Positions 1 to 9,782 of a stretch of 49,094 bases of DNA are shown in pieces; the first letter of the stretch is position 1, and every line of letters starts with the position of its first letter. The notes under the pieces are model-generated. The model had not been told where the DNA came from and ran no database searches. It saw only the letters and a program-made list of their open reading frames with translations. The DNA is from Clostridia bacterium (GTDB lineage Bacteria > Bacillota > Clostridia > TANB77 > CAG-508). Position numbers and translations under genes: made by a program. Where the stretch lies: contig JAGHJM010000068.1 of NCBI GenBank assembly GCA_017886645.1, forward strand, positions 1-49,094. The letters run 5' to 3'.

Positions 1-32
1 GTATTAAAGAATATATTTTTTACTAATTCCAT
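1..32 (-). CDS. 5' end of a gene running off the left edge (MELVKNIFFN...), product unknown
   Basis: ATG at 32 with AAGGAG SD upstream on the minus strand; open to window edge. Confidence 0.6.
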   Translation of the reverse strand, partial: MELVKNIFFN

Positions 33-128
33 TTCAACATTCTCCTTATTTTTCTCTTGTTTAACAATCAAATTATAATATTAAACATATTTTTATGCAA
101 GTACTTTTTCAACATTTTTCACCAAAAA

Positions 129-704
129 TTAATCAATGTTTGTACCTAATATTTTACCTATAATATAAAAGTCATCATCTTTTGTAACACAAATATCTGC
201 AATTTCTTTTTTTTCTGCTCTTAAAGCTATGTCATCTTTTCTTATAATAAATCTTCTTATTAATAAAGAATTATTATAAGAAAATAGTGCTAAGTCCTTA
301 TTTTCTAATGGTGTATTTAAAGCTATGTATGCGTAAGAATCTTTTTTTAATTTTGGCTCCATTGAATCATCTTTTACTTTTATTGCGATAGAAGCACTTC
401 CCATACTAGAAGGACAAGGAATAAAATTTTCTATATCTACGGCAGGAACATTAGAATATGAAATATGGTTTACTATTTTATATTCTTTATGAGAATCTTC
501 TAATGTTTTGTCCAAGGTATATAAGATTGGTTGATAAGGAACATCTAAAGCTTTGCAAATAGATTTTAAAGCCTTATAACTTGGGCTTCTTTCACCTTTT
601 TCTATGTGAGTAAGATGACCAATATTAATATTAGTCATTTCTGAAAGCTGAGTTTTTGTCATCTTTTTTTCTTTACGTATTTTTGCAATTAAATCTCCAA
701 TCAT
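129..704 (-). CDS. XRE-family HTH regulator with C-terminal peptidase S24-like (LexA/CI-type) domain
   Basis: N-terminal HTH_3 pattern (IRKEKKMTKTQLS...HLTHIEKGERSPS); C-terminal 'KVKDDSMEP' and 'IIGKI' S24 motifs; AAGGAG SD. Confidence 0.85.
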   Translation of the reverse strand: MIGDLIAKIRKEKKMTKTQLSEMTNINIGHLTHIEKGERSPSYKALKSICKALDVPYQPILYTLDKTLEDSHKEYKIVNHISYSNVPAVDIENFIPCPSSMGSASIAIKVKDDSMEPKLKKDSYAYIALNTPLENKDLALFSYNNSLLIRRFIIRKDDIALRAEKKEIADICVTKDDDFYIIGKILGTNID

Positions 705-890
705 AAAAATTTCTCCTTATAAAATCTTGTATAATTATATCTAAAGAAATACAAAATGTCCATAATTGTAACAATAATGTAATAAAAATATCAAAAATTG
801 ACAAAATATAGCAATATATTTATTGTAAAAAAAATATAGTTGTGGTAATATTATTTTGTAATTGCGTATAAAATATAGTGGAGGAAGAAT

Positions 891-2831
891 ATGAGCAAAA
901 AGAAAAAAAATAATAACAATCTTCATGAAAAAAATAATGAAATAAAAGAAGAAAAAGTAGAGAATAAAGACATTAAAAACAATGAAAAAGTGGATAATAC
1001 AAAACAAGAAACTAATATTTCAGATGCAATACCAATAAATGAAAATAATATTGAAAAAGAAAATAAGACTATTGAAAAAAATAAAAAAAATGAAGAGAAA
1101 GAAAAAGAATCTTCAAAAAAAGAAGAGAAGCAAGAATTAAAAGAAGAAAATAGTAAAAGTGAAGCAAAAGAACAGAATAAAAAAGAACCAAATAAAAACG
1201 AGAAAAAAGAACAATCTAATCCTACTGAAAATAAGAAAAAATCAAAAAAATTAATTATTGGTATAGTATGTGGACTTGCAGCGTTTGTATTAGTTATATT
1301 TTCTATAATTTTTTCTTTAATTAATATAAATAACAATAATATTCTTTCAGGTATAAGTGTTCACGGAATAGATATATCAAATTTATCAGAAGAAGAAGCA
1401 AAACAGCAATTAAATAAAATTGCTACAGAAAAATTGATAAGCGGAATAAAATTAGTAAAAGGAGAATATGCAGTAGAAATTTCTTCAGATGATATAGCAG
1501 CAGTATTTGATGTGGATAAAGCAGTAGAAGAAGCTTATAATGTTGGAAGAGATGGAAATATTATTACAAATAATTATACAATACTTTGGACTAAATTATT
1601 TAAAAAAGATATACAATTAGATTTTTCTTTAAATGAAGAAGAATTAAATAAAATAATAGAAGATACATCATTAAAGCTTCCAACAACAGTAGTGCAAAAC
1701 AGTTATTATATAGAAGATGATGCATTAATATTAACTAGAGGAACTGCTGGAGACAAAATAAAGCAAGATGAACTTAAAGAATTAATTTATAATAAATTAC
1801 AGAATTTTAATACACAGGATAATCAAATAGAAATACCAACAAAAGTAGTAGACCCAGACCCTATAGATTTAGAAAAAATAAGACAGGAAATATATAAAGA
1901 AGCACAAGATGCATATGTAACACATAACCCAACAGAAGTACATACACATGTTAATGGGGTGGACTTTGGGGTAACAATGGAAGAAGCAGAAAAAATAATA
2001 GAAGAGGATAAAGATGAATATATAATTCCACTTAAAATAACAATAGCTGATAAAACAATTGCAGATTTAGGAGAAGAAGCATTTCCAGATGAGCTTGCAT
2101 CTTTTACTACTAGATATGATGCAAGTAACTATAATAGAAGTACTAATATTGAATTAGCAACTAAAACAATTAATGGAACAGTTATTATGCCAGGGGAAGT
2201 ATTTTCTTATAACCAAACAATAGGAAGAACAACCCTAGAAAAGGGATATAAAGAAGGTACAGCTTATGTAGGAGGAAAAGTTGTTCCAGATGTAGGTGGT
2301 GGAATATGCCAAGTATCTTCTACATTATACAATACAGCACTTTTGGCCAACTTAGAAATTGTAGAAAGAAGTAACCATATTTTTGAATGTTCATATGTGG
2401 ATCCAAGCAGAGATGCAACAGTGTATTGGGGTTCAATAGATTTTAAATTTAAAAATACAAGATCTTATCCAATAAAAATAGTTGGAACAGCGAAAAATGG
2501 AGTTGTTACTATTGACTTATATGGAATAAAAGAAGAGGAAGAATATGAAGTAGTTATTGAGTCTAACATAACCTCATATATTCCAAATGAAGTTGAATAT
2601 ATATATGATTCAACATTAGAAGAAGGTAAAAAAGTAGTAGAGCAAGTTGGATTTAATGGCTGTAGAAGTGAAGGATATAGAATTTTAAGGAAAAATGGAG
2701 TAGTAATATCAAAAACATTATTATCAAAAGATTCATATAGCCCACAAAACAAAATTGTGAGAGTAGGAACAAAGAAAACGACATCTGCAACTACTGGAAC
2801 AACAAAACAGACAAATAATAAGACTAATTAA
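891..2831 (+). CDS. VanW-family (YoaR-like) membrane-anchored protein with putative PG-binding region and C-terminal G5 domain
   Basis: Charged N-terminal tail, one TM, 'VGGGICQVSSTLYN' and 'DATV' VanW motifs, C-terminal G5-like 'PQNKIVRVGTK'. Confidence 0.85.
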   Translation: MSKKKKNNNNLHEKNNEIKEEKVENKDIKNNEKVDNTKQETNISDAIPINENNIEKENKTIEKNKKNEEKEKESSKKEEKQELKEENSKSEAKEQNKKEPNKNEKKEQSNPTENKKKSKKLIIGIVCGLAAFVLVIFSIIFSLININNNNILSGISVHGIDISNLSEEEAKQQLNKIATEKLISGIKLVKGEYAVEISSDDIAAVFDVDKAVEEAYNVGRDGNIITNNYTILWTKLFKKDIQLDFSLNEEELNKIIEDTSLKLPTTVVQNSYYIEDDALILTRGTAGDKIKQDELKELIYNKLQNFNTQDNQIEIPTKVVDPDPIDLEKIRQEIYKEAQDAYVTHNPTEVHTHVNGVDFGVTMEEAEKIIEEDKDEYIIPLKITIADKTIADLGEEAFPDELASFTTRYDASNYNRSTNIELATKTINGTVIMPGEVFSYNQTIGRTTLEKGYKEGTAYVGGKVVPDVGGGICQVSSTLYNTALLANLEIVERSNHIFECSYVDPSRDATVYWGSIDFKFKNTRSYPIKIVGTAKNGVVTIDLYGIKEEEEYEVVIESNITSYIPNEVEYIYDSTLEEGKKVVEQVGFNGCRSEGYRILRKNGVVISKTLLSKDSYSPQNKIVRVGTKKTTSATTGTTKQTNNKTN

Positions 2832-2840
2832 TTAAAATAC

Positions 2841-2870
2841 TTGACAAAGAGTATTATTACAGCGTATAAT
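2841..2870 (+). promoter_or_regulatory. sigma-A promoter of tRNA-Lys
   Basis: TTGACA-18 nt-TATAAT directly upstream of the tRNA. Confidence 0.8.
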
Positions 2871-2882
2871 ATACGTTGTAAT

Positions 2883-2958
2883 GCGTCATTAGCTCAGTTG
2901 GTAGAGCAGCAGACTCTTAATCTGATGGTCGGAGGTTCGACTCCTCTATGACGCACCA
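2883..2958 (+). tRNA. tRNA-Lys(CTT)
   Basis: Cloverleaf with GCGTCAT/ATGACGC acceptor stem, anticodon loop CT-CTT-AA, GGTTCGA T-loop, encoded CCA. Confidence 0.96.
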
Positions 2959-2966
2959 AAGTATGA

Positions 2967-3001
2967 CTCTACAAACTGTATAAAGGTTTGTAGAGTTTTT
3001 T
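2967..3001 (+). terminator. Rho-independent terminator after tRNA-Lys
   Basis: CTCTACAAAC/GTTTGTAGAG stem followed by T run. Confidence 0.75.
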
Positions 3002-3020
3002 GTATGAAAGGAAGAAAAAT

Positions 3021-3350
3021 ATGGTTACATTTGATGATTTTATGAAATTAGATATAAGAGTAGGAACAATAATTAATGCATATAATTTTGAAAAGGCAAA
3101 GAAACCAGCATATCAATTGGAGATTGATTTTGGCAAAGAAATAGGAATAAAAAAATCATCGGCTCAAATTACAGATTTATATATGGCAGATGAGTTAATA
3201 GGTAAACAGATTTTAGCTGTAGTCAATTTTCCACCTAGACAAATAGCAAATTTTATGTCAGAAGTATTAGTTTTAGGGACATATAGCAAAAATGGAGTTG
3301 TTTTAATAACACCAGATAAAAAAGCAGATAATGGTGACAAATTGGGATAA
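3021..3350 (+). CDS. csaA: CsaA/Trbp111-type tRNA-binding export chaperone
   Basis: 'FDDFMKLDIRVGTI...SSAQIT...VVNFPPRQIA..MSEVLVLG'; start placed at ATG 3021 after AAGGA SD. Confidence 0.88.
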   Translation: MVTFDDFMKLDIRVGTIINAYNFEKAKKPAYQLEIDFGKEIGIKKSSAQITDLYMADELIGKQILAVVNFPPRQIANFMSEVLVLGTYSKNGVVLITPDKKADNGDKLG

Positions 3351-3387
3351 AAGTATACAATATTTTAACATAGGAGGTGATTTTAAT

Positions 3388-4872
3388 ATGTCGATGATAC
3401 AAGTTAGAAATTTAACATTTGGCTATGAAGGAAATGTAGATAATATATTTGAAGACGTATCTTTTAATATAGATACAGATTGGAAATTAGGATTAATAGG
3501 AAGAAACGGCAAGGGAAAAACTACTTTTTTGAATTTATTATTGGGAAAATATGAATTTAGCGGAAGTATAATAAAGACTGTTGATGTAGATTATTTCCCT
3601 TTTGAAATTAATAATAAAAAAAGAATGACATTAGATATTATAGAAGAAATAATACCAAGTGTGGAAGATTGGAAAATAATAAAAGAGTTAAATTTATTAA
3701 ACACAAATCCAGAAATTTTATATAAAGATTTTAGTGTATTAAGTGGAGGAGAACAAGTAAAAGTTTTATTAGTAAGTTTGTTTTTAAAAGAAAATAATTT
3801 TCTCCTTATTGATGAGCCGACAAATCACTTAGACACAGAAACAAAAGATAATTTAGCAGAATACTTAAAACGTAAAAAGGGATTTATAATAGTTTCTCAT
3901 GATAGAGATTTTTTAGATAAAGTAGTAAATCATATTATTTCTATAAATAATAGTAATATAGAAATACAAAAAGGAAAATTTAGTTCATGGAAAGAAAATT
4001 TAGATAGACAAAATAATTTTGAATTAACACAAAATGAAAAAATACAAAAAGATATAAATAGACTAGAAATTGCATCAAGAAATACATCTAATTGGTCTGA
4101 TAAAGTAGAAAAAACAAAATATGGAACAAAAAATTCAGGTTCAAAAGTAGATAGAGGATATATTGGACATCAAGCAGCCAAAATGATGAAAAAGTCTAAA
4201 GTAATGGAAAAAAGAATAGAAAAAGCTATTGAAGAAAAATCTAATTTGTTAAAAAACATAGATAGAAATGATGAGTTAGTTATAAAGCCATTAGAAAATA
4301 ATAGAAAAAGTTTAATTATTGCAGATAAATTGCAAATAAAATATAATGATAAAGCTATTTTTGATAAAATTTCTTTTGATATAAATAATGGAGAAAGAGT
4401 TGCTATAGTAGGAAAAAATGGTATAGGGAAAACTAGTTTATTAAAATTATTTTTAAAAGAAAATATTGAGTTTAATGGAACATTAAAAATTATAAATGAT
4501 ATAAAAATATCCTATGTACCACAACATACAGAAGAATTAAGGGGAAGTCTAAAAGAATTAGCATTAAAGAATAATATTGAAGAAAGTATACTAAAGGCAA
4601 TGCTTTCAAAGATGGGATTTTCAAAAGAAGATTTTAACAGAAAAATAGAAAAGCTTAGCGAAGGACAGAAAAAGAAAGTTTTAATAGCCAAAAGTATTAC
4701 AGAAAATGCCAACTTATATGTTTGGGATGAACCTTTAAATTATATAGATATATTAACTAGAATACAAATAGAAGAAGCAATATTAAAATACAAACCTACA
4801 ATAATCTTTATAGAACATGATAAAACATTTGTAAAAAATGTAGCTACAAAAATAATTAATTTAAAAAATTAG
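3388..4872 (+). CDS. lsa: Lsa/CplR-like ABC-F ribosomal protection protein
   Basis: 'IDTDWKLGLIGRNGKGKTT', two ABC domains with no TM, linker 'DRGYIGHQAAKMMKKSK', 'LYVWDEPLNYID'; AGGAGG SD before ATG 3388. Confidence 0.8.
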   Translation: MSMIQVRNLTFGYEGNVDNIFEDVSFNIDTDWKLGLIGRNGKGKTTFLNLLLGKYEFSGSIIKTVDVDYFPFEINNKKRMTLDIIEEIIPSVEDWKIIKELNLLNTNPEILYKDFSVLSGGEQVKVLLVSLFLKENNFLLIDEPTNHLDTETKDNLAEYLKRKKGFIIVSHDRDFLDKVVNHIISINNSNIEIQKGKFSSWKENLDRQNNFELTQNEKIQKDINRLEIASRNTSNWSDKVEKTKYGTKNSGSKVDRGYIGHQAAKMMKKSKVMEKRIEKAIEEKSNLLKNIDRNDELVIKPLENNRKSLIIADKLQIKYNDKAIFDKISFDINNGERVAIVGKNGIGKTSLLKLFLKENIEFNGTLKIINDIKISYVPQHTEELRGSLKELALKNNIEESILKAMLSKMGFSKEDFNRKIEKLSEGQKKKVLIAKSITENANLYVWDEPLNYIDILTRIQIEEAILKYKPTIIFIEHDKTFVKNVATKIINLKN

Positions 4873-4996
4873 AAGTAGATAGTTAAAAGTTATATTTATT
4901 CAATATTTTAAGTCAATTTTATTTTGTTTATTAATAATAAATATAATGTATTTAAACTATTTACTTCTTAAAAAATTATTTAAAAATAAACATTAA

Positions 4997-5836
4997 CTAC
5001 TTTAATAATAATTCGGTTGTTTCTGCACCAACGTATCCATCTACTTCTATTTGGTTTTCCTCTTGGAATTTCTTTATAGTACTTTCCATTATTGGACCAA
5101 AAGAACCATCTACATCCACATTGTATCCTAACCTATTCAAATTTCTTTGAACTAATCTTACATGTTCATTCTTTATTGTGGGAATTTTATAATATAAATA
5201 GTGTTCTAGTGCTTGTTCTCTACAAGCTGGACCAAAGGAGCCATCTATAGCCAAATTACTATTATAATCTAAATTCATTGTATCTTGCCAATTTTTAACA
5301 CGTTTTTCGTAGTTACTATCATTGTTTTTATCTTGAGATTCTTCGGAAGTAGATTCTCCTTGTAATTTTTTCTTAAAGTTATTCCATTTTTCTTCATCAG
5401 TTACAAAAGGAGCAGGACAATTTTTGTGAGTAACATCATAATGTCTTACAACATTTTCAATCGGAATATTATATTTCTGTATTAATTCTTTTGATAATTC
5501 TATTGCTCTTGATTCGGTATCTGATGACACATTTAAATTTCCATTTGACATTTTATAACAACACATTTCTATGCTTAAACTGTTACTGTTTCTAGCACCA
5601 GAGTAATACACATCATTTCCACAATGCCAAGCAATATCTTTATCTTCCACTACTTGTACTACTTCGTTATCATCTACAAAATAATGTGCAGAAGCACCAC
5701 GATAAGTGTTTTTAAAATAACTAGCATTATTTCTTGCTGTAGATACTGCACCTACATAATGAATAACTAAATATTCTATTTTTCTATTGTTAGAAATTGT
5801 TCTATTAGTATTCGTTATGTCTTTAATTATCTCCAT
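4997..5836 (-). CDS. N-acetylmuramoyl-L-alanine amidase (Amidase_2) with C-terminal PG-binding domains, endolysin-like
   Basis: 'LVIHY','ASAHYFVD','AWHCG','SIEMC','VRHYDVTHKNCP'; C-terminal 'VDGSFGP', 'FQ..N.IEVDGYVG' repeats. Confidence 0.9.
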   Translation of the reverse strand: MEIIKDITNTNRTISNNRKIEYLVIHYVGAVSTARNNASYFKNTYRGASAHYFVDDNEVVQVVEDKDIAWHCGNDVYYSGARNSNSLSIEMCCYKMSNGNLNVSSDTESRAIELSKELIQKYNIPIENVVRHYDVTHKNCPAPFVTDEEKWNNFKKKLQGESTSEESQDKNNDSNYEKRVKNWQDTMNLDYNSNLAIDGSFGPACREQALEHYLYYKIPTIKNEHVRLVQRNLNRLGYNVDVDGSFGPIMESTIKKFQEENQIEVDGYVGAETTELLLK

Positions 5837-6119
5837 CTTTATTCACCCCTTCTATATTTGTAGTAAAGCCTAAGTTATCAGCGTTTTCTTTTGGTTGCTC
5901 GGATTCTCCTGTAATTATATTATTATTGTTTTTACTATAATTTATATTTGAAATACCCAAAATTGTACCCATGAAAGTTGTTATAGCTGTCATAATAGTT
6001 AATATTATTTCAGTATAATTGATGTTAAAAGAATTTAGTATTACACCTGTTAGAGTTGTCAAAGCTGGCAAAAATACTAATGTTATCCATTTTAGAACAT
6101 CATATATTTTGTCTGACAT
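5823..6119 (-). CDS. Phage-type holin (Dp-1-like family)
   Basis: 'YDVLKWITLVFLPAL...TFMGTILGISNINY', two TMs, overlaps start of the amidase. Confidence 0.8.
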   Translation of the reverse strand: MSDKIYDVLKWITLVFLPALTTLTGVILNSFNINYTEIILTIMTAITTFMGTILGISNINYSKNNNNIITGESEQPKENADNLGFTTNIEGVNKDGDN

Positions 6120-6139
6120 ATTTACATTCCTCCTTATAT

Positions 6140-6167
6140 TATTATATGAATTTAGTGTATGTATGTT
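6140..6167 (-). promoter_or_regulatory. Possible mother-cell (sigma-K/E-like) promoter for holin-amidase
   Basis: AACA-15 nt-CATATAATA just upstream of the AAGGAGG SD. Confidence 0.45.
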
Positions 6168-6193
6168 ACTTAATGAAAATGAAAGAACTATTT

Positions 6194-6210
6194 TTCGACA
6201 AATAACGACA
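6194..6210. promoter_or_regulatory. Spo0A box plus a degenerate second copy
   Basis: TTCGACA (reverse complement of TGTCGAA) at 6194 and AACGACA 10 bp downstream. Confidence 0.5.
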
Positions 6211-6252
6211 AAAATAACTTGAAATTACAACATATTTGCAAAAAGGTGGATG

Positions 6253-6281
6253 TTGACACCACTAGAAAAAAATGGTAAATT
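6253..6281 (+). promoter_or_regulatory. sigma-A promoter for the ABC operon
   Basis: TTGACA-17 nt-TAAATT with TG extension. Confidence 0.55.
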
Positions 6282-6467
6282 GTAAATTAATAGACATTAT
6301 GCCTATAATTATATAGACAAAATCAAGTAATGTATTAATAGTAGAAAATGCAATAGGCCTGAATTATATATAATAATGATTTATTTTAAAATTCTACATT
6401 TTATAACTATCATAAAAACAAAAAATAAAAGATAAGTATTTCCTATAGGCATAAGAAAGGAGAGAAA

Positions 6468-7130
6468 ATGGAAATAGTAAAAGTAGAAAATTTAGTAAAA
6501 AAATATGGAAAAGACGAAAACGAAGTAATTGCTGTCAATAATGTATCCTTTACAGTAGAAAAGGGAGAATTTGTGGCAATAGTTGGTAGTTCAGGTAGCG
6601 GAAAATCAACACTATTACACTTAATTGGCGGAGTAGATAGACCAACAAGTGGAAAAGTATTTATAAATGGAAAAGACATTTATTCTTTAAAAGATGATGA
6701 ATTAGCCATCTTTAGAAGAAGAGAAGTAGGGCTAATATACCAATTTTATAATTTAATACCTATATTAAATGTAGTAGAAAATATAACTTTACCATTAGAA
6801 TTAGATAAAATACAAATTGAAAAAGATAAATTAGACGAATTATTAAAAGTTTTAGGACTAGAAAATAGAAAAGATCATTTACCAAATCAATTATCTGGCG
6901 GACAGCAACAGAGAGTAGCCATAGGAAGAAGCTTAATATGTAATCCTTCTGTTATACTTGCAGATGAACCAACAGGAAATTTAGACTCAAATGCAAGTGA
7001 AGAAATTATAAAATTATTAAAAGAATCTAATAAAAAATATAATCAAACAATTATAATGATAACTCACAATTTAGAAATAGCAAAAATGGCAGATAGGATT
7101 ATAAAAATTGAAGATGGAAAAATAGTATAA
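6468..7130 (+). CDS. ABC transporter ATP-binding protein (LolD/MacB type)
   Basis: Walker A GSSGSGKST, LSGGQQQRV, LADEPTGNLD. Confidence 0.95.
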   Translation: MEIVKVENLVKKYGKDENEVIAVNNVSFTVEKGEFVAIVGSSGSGKSTLLHLIGGVDRPTSGKVFINGKDIYSLKDDELAIFRRREVGLIYQFYNLIPILNVVENITLPLELDKIQIEKDKLDELLKVLGLENRKDHLPNQLSGGQQQRVAIGRSLICNPSVILADEPTGNLDSNASEEIIKLLKESNKKYNQTIIMITHNLEIAKMADRIIKIEDGKIV

Positions 7131-7142
7131 GAGGTGGTATGA

Positions 7143-9707
7143 ATGAAACTACTACATAAACTAACAATAAAAAGCCTAAAACTAAATAAAAAAAGAACGA
7201 TTGTAACTATTATAGGAATAGTATTAGCCACAGCATTAATAACAAGTATAGCAACATTAGTATCTAGTGCTTATAAATCATATTGCGAATATGTAAGAGA
7301 AACCGATGGGAATTATCATGTAAAATTTAATGATGTACCTACAGAAGAAATAAAAAATATAGAAAATAAAGATTCTATAGAGAATTTGTTTTTAACGCAG
7401 AAAATAGGATATAGCATATATAGTAAAGATAATGAACAAGCAAATATATATTTTCAAATATTAGGATTTTCAGAAAATGCAATGCAAGAATTAGGAATAA
7501 AATTAGTAGAAGGAAGAATGCCAGAAAGTGAAAACGAAATTGTAATATCACAAAATAATTTAGATATAAAAGAAAATGCGAACTTTGAAATAGGCAAAGA
7601 AGTTGAGCTAAATATTACAAATGAAGAAGAAGCTGATAATAATTCAGAAACAACTACCAAAAATTATAAAATAGTAGGAATAATTGATGTTACTGATGAA
7701 AATATAGAAAAGGACTATATGGAAGAAAATAATATTACGTATTCTACTATAATTACGACTTTATCCGAAAATACGGAAACTTATGATGTATATGTAAGAT
7801 ATAAAAATGTAATTAACTTTATAGAAGAAACGGCAGATATATTAGGGGTAAGCCAAGAGGAATTTAATCAATTACAAGGTAAAACATTAGAAGAAACATC
7901 AGAGAATCTATTTTTTAACAAATCTAATAAATATACATATACAATAAATTCACTTTTAACAATTATGGAAAGTGGTGGGTTTGGTTATTCAGTATTTTTT
8001 ATGATATATGCGATTGCAACAATAGTTATGATAGTAATAATAATTTCATCAGTATTTTGTATAAGAAATAGTTTTAGTATATCTATAACAGAAAAAATAA
8101 AAGAATACGGAATGCTTTCATCTATAGGAGCAACAAAAAAGCAAATACGACAAATGGTATTTTATGAAGCTTTTATACTTGGAATTATAGCAATTCCTAT
8201 TGGAATACTTTTAGGAACAGGACTAATATATTTATTTTTAAAGATAGGAGAAAATTTATTAAGTGAATACTTATATGGAATAAAATTTATTTTTTCAATT
8301 AATATATGGATGATTATTTTATCTGTAGTTTTAAGCATTATAACAATATATTTTTCTGCTAGTAAATCCGCTAAAAAGGCATCACAAATTTCTCCAATAG
8401 AGGCTATAAGAAATAATGAAAATATAGATATTACAAATAAAACAGTAAAATCGTCAAAAATAATAAAAAGAATGTTTGGAGTAGGTGGAGATATTGCTTA
8501 TAAAAACTTAAAAAGAAATAAAAAAAGATATAGAACCACAGTAATTTCAATAGTAGTAAGTGTATCAATATTTATAGGAATGTCATCTTTTGTAAATTAT
8601 GTGTCAAAAATTCAAAATTCATATTACAATGATTACCAATATAATGTTTTAATAAGACCATCTAATTATGAAGAGGCAAAAAAAGCAGAGGATATAATTA
8701 GAAGATTAGGAGAAAAAAGGTATATAGTAGAAAGAGTGGCATATGCATATTGCATAAATGGGGAAGAACACTATTCAAAAGATTTGAAAGATATTATTAA
8801 TGATAAAGAATTTAATATAAATCCGGATTCATCTATAGATATTTATTCACTGGGAAATGAAGGATATAATGATTTTATAAAAGAATTAGGTTTAAAATAT
8901 GAAGATGTTAAGGATAAAGCAATATTAATAGATTATAAAACAGGGTTTGTTACACTTGATGGAAACGAACATTATAAATTATATAGAATGTATGATTATG
9001 AAGAGGGAGATACATTAGAAATAATTAATGTTACTCAAAATGATGAAACATTAAATATAGAAATAGCAGAAGTAACCGATAAAAGACTAATGAATATAGT
9101 AGAATATGGGGATAATTTTACCTCTTATATTATAGTAAGTGATGAAATGATGGACAACCTCTTATATAGAGATGCAAGATGTGCAGTATATATAAATTCT
9201 GACAATGACAGGGAATTAGAAGAAAAACTAAAAAATGATTATGACTTTGCTTATGTTGGGAATATAGCAGAAACCGAAAGAGAAGAAAAAGCCAAATCAT
9301 TAACAATTACTATTTTCTTATATAGTTTTATAGTAATTTTTGCATTAATAGGAATAACTAATATATTTAATACAATAACAACAAGTATGGAACTAAGACA
9401 GAGAGAATTTGCAAATTTAAAAGCTATAGGTATGACCAATAAAGAATTTAATCATATGATTGCTTTAGAAAGTTTATTTTATATATTAAAATCTTTAGTT
9501 ATAAGTATACCAATTGGAATAATCCTTTCGTATATCGTATATCAGGTAATTTGTACAAATATAGAGATGAATTATATCTTTCCTATAAAAGAAATTTTAA
9601 TTGTAATTATAATTTTATGCATACTAATAGGTGGAATAATGAAATATTCATTAAATAAAACAAATAAGCAAAATATAATAGAAACAATAAGAAAAGAGAA
9701 TATATAA
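7143..9707 (+). CDS. FtsX/MacB-type ABC permease
   Basis: Two FtsX repeats ('EYGMLSSIGAT', 'REFANLKAIGMT') with large extracellular loops. Confidence 0.9.
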   Translation: MKLLHKLTIKSLKLNKKRTIVTIIGIVLATALITSIATLVSSAYKSYCEYVRETDGNYHVKFNDVPTEEIKNIENKDSIENLFLTQKIGYSIYSKDNEQANIYFQILGFSENAMQELGIKLVEGRMPESENEIVISQNNLDIKENANFEIGKEVELNITNEEEADNNSETTTKNYKIVGIIDVTDENIEKDYMEENNITYSTIITTLSENTETYDVYVRYKNVINFIEETADILGVSQEEFNQLQGKTLEETSENLFFNKSNKYTYTINSLLTIMESGGFGYSVFFMIYAIATIVMIVIIISSVFCIRNSFSISITEKIKEYGMLSSIGATKKQIRQMVFYEAFILGIIAIPIGILLGTGLIYLFLKIGENLLSEYLYGIKFIFSINIWMIILSVVLSIITIYFSASKSAKKASQISPIEAIRNNENIDITNKTVKSSKIIKRMFGVGGDIAYKNLKRNKKRYRTTVISIVVSVSIFIGMSSFVNYVSKIQNSYYNDYQYNVLIRPSNYEEAKKAEDIIRRLGEKRYIVERVAYAYCINGEEHYSKDLKDIINDKEFNINPDSSIDIYSLGNEGYNDFIKELGLKYEDVKDKAILIDYKTGFVTLDGNEHYKLYRMYDYEEGDTLEIINVTQNDETLNIEIAEVTDKRLMNIVEYGDNFTSYIIVSDEMMDNLLYRDARCAVYINSDNDRELEEKLKNDYDFAYVGNIAETEREEKAKSLTITIFLYSFIVIFALIGITNIFNTITTSMELRQREFANLKAIGMTNKEFNHMIALESLFYILKSLVISIPIGIILSYIVYQVICTNIEMNYIFPIKEILIVIIILCILIGGIMKYSLNKTNKQNIIETIRKENI

Positions 9708-9782
9708 AAATATATTTAATTAAATAGCAAATTTAAAAAAAATATGATATAACTAAATAAAAAAAGAAAGAAGGAAAATAAA

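Noticed and set aside
891-1250. Low-complexity K/E/N-rich segment as a tandem repeat element
   Set aside because: No regular repeat unit; consistent with a disordered cytoplasmic tail
891-2831. Vancomycin resistance cluster
   Set aside because: VanW domain only; no vanHAX/RS genes in the window
2963-2983. Mini-ORF MTLQTV overlapping the terminator upstream of csaA-lsa, as an attenuator peptide
   Set aside because: No SD, only 4 nt after the tRNA CCA; probably chance
2883-6119. Prophage remnant integrated at tRNA-Lys
   Set aside because: No integrase and no duplicated tRNA-Lys 3' end found nearby
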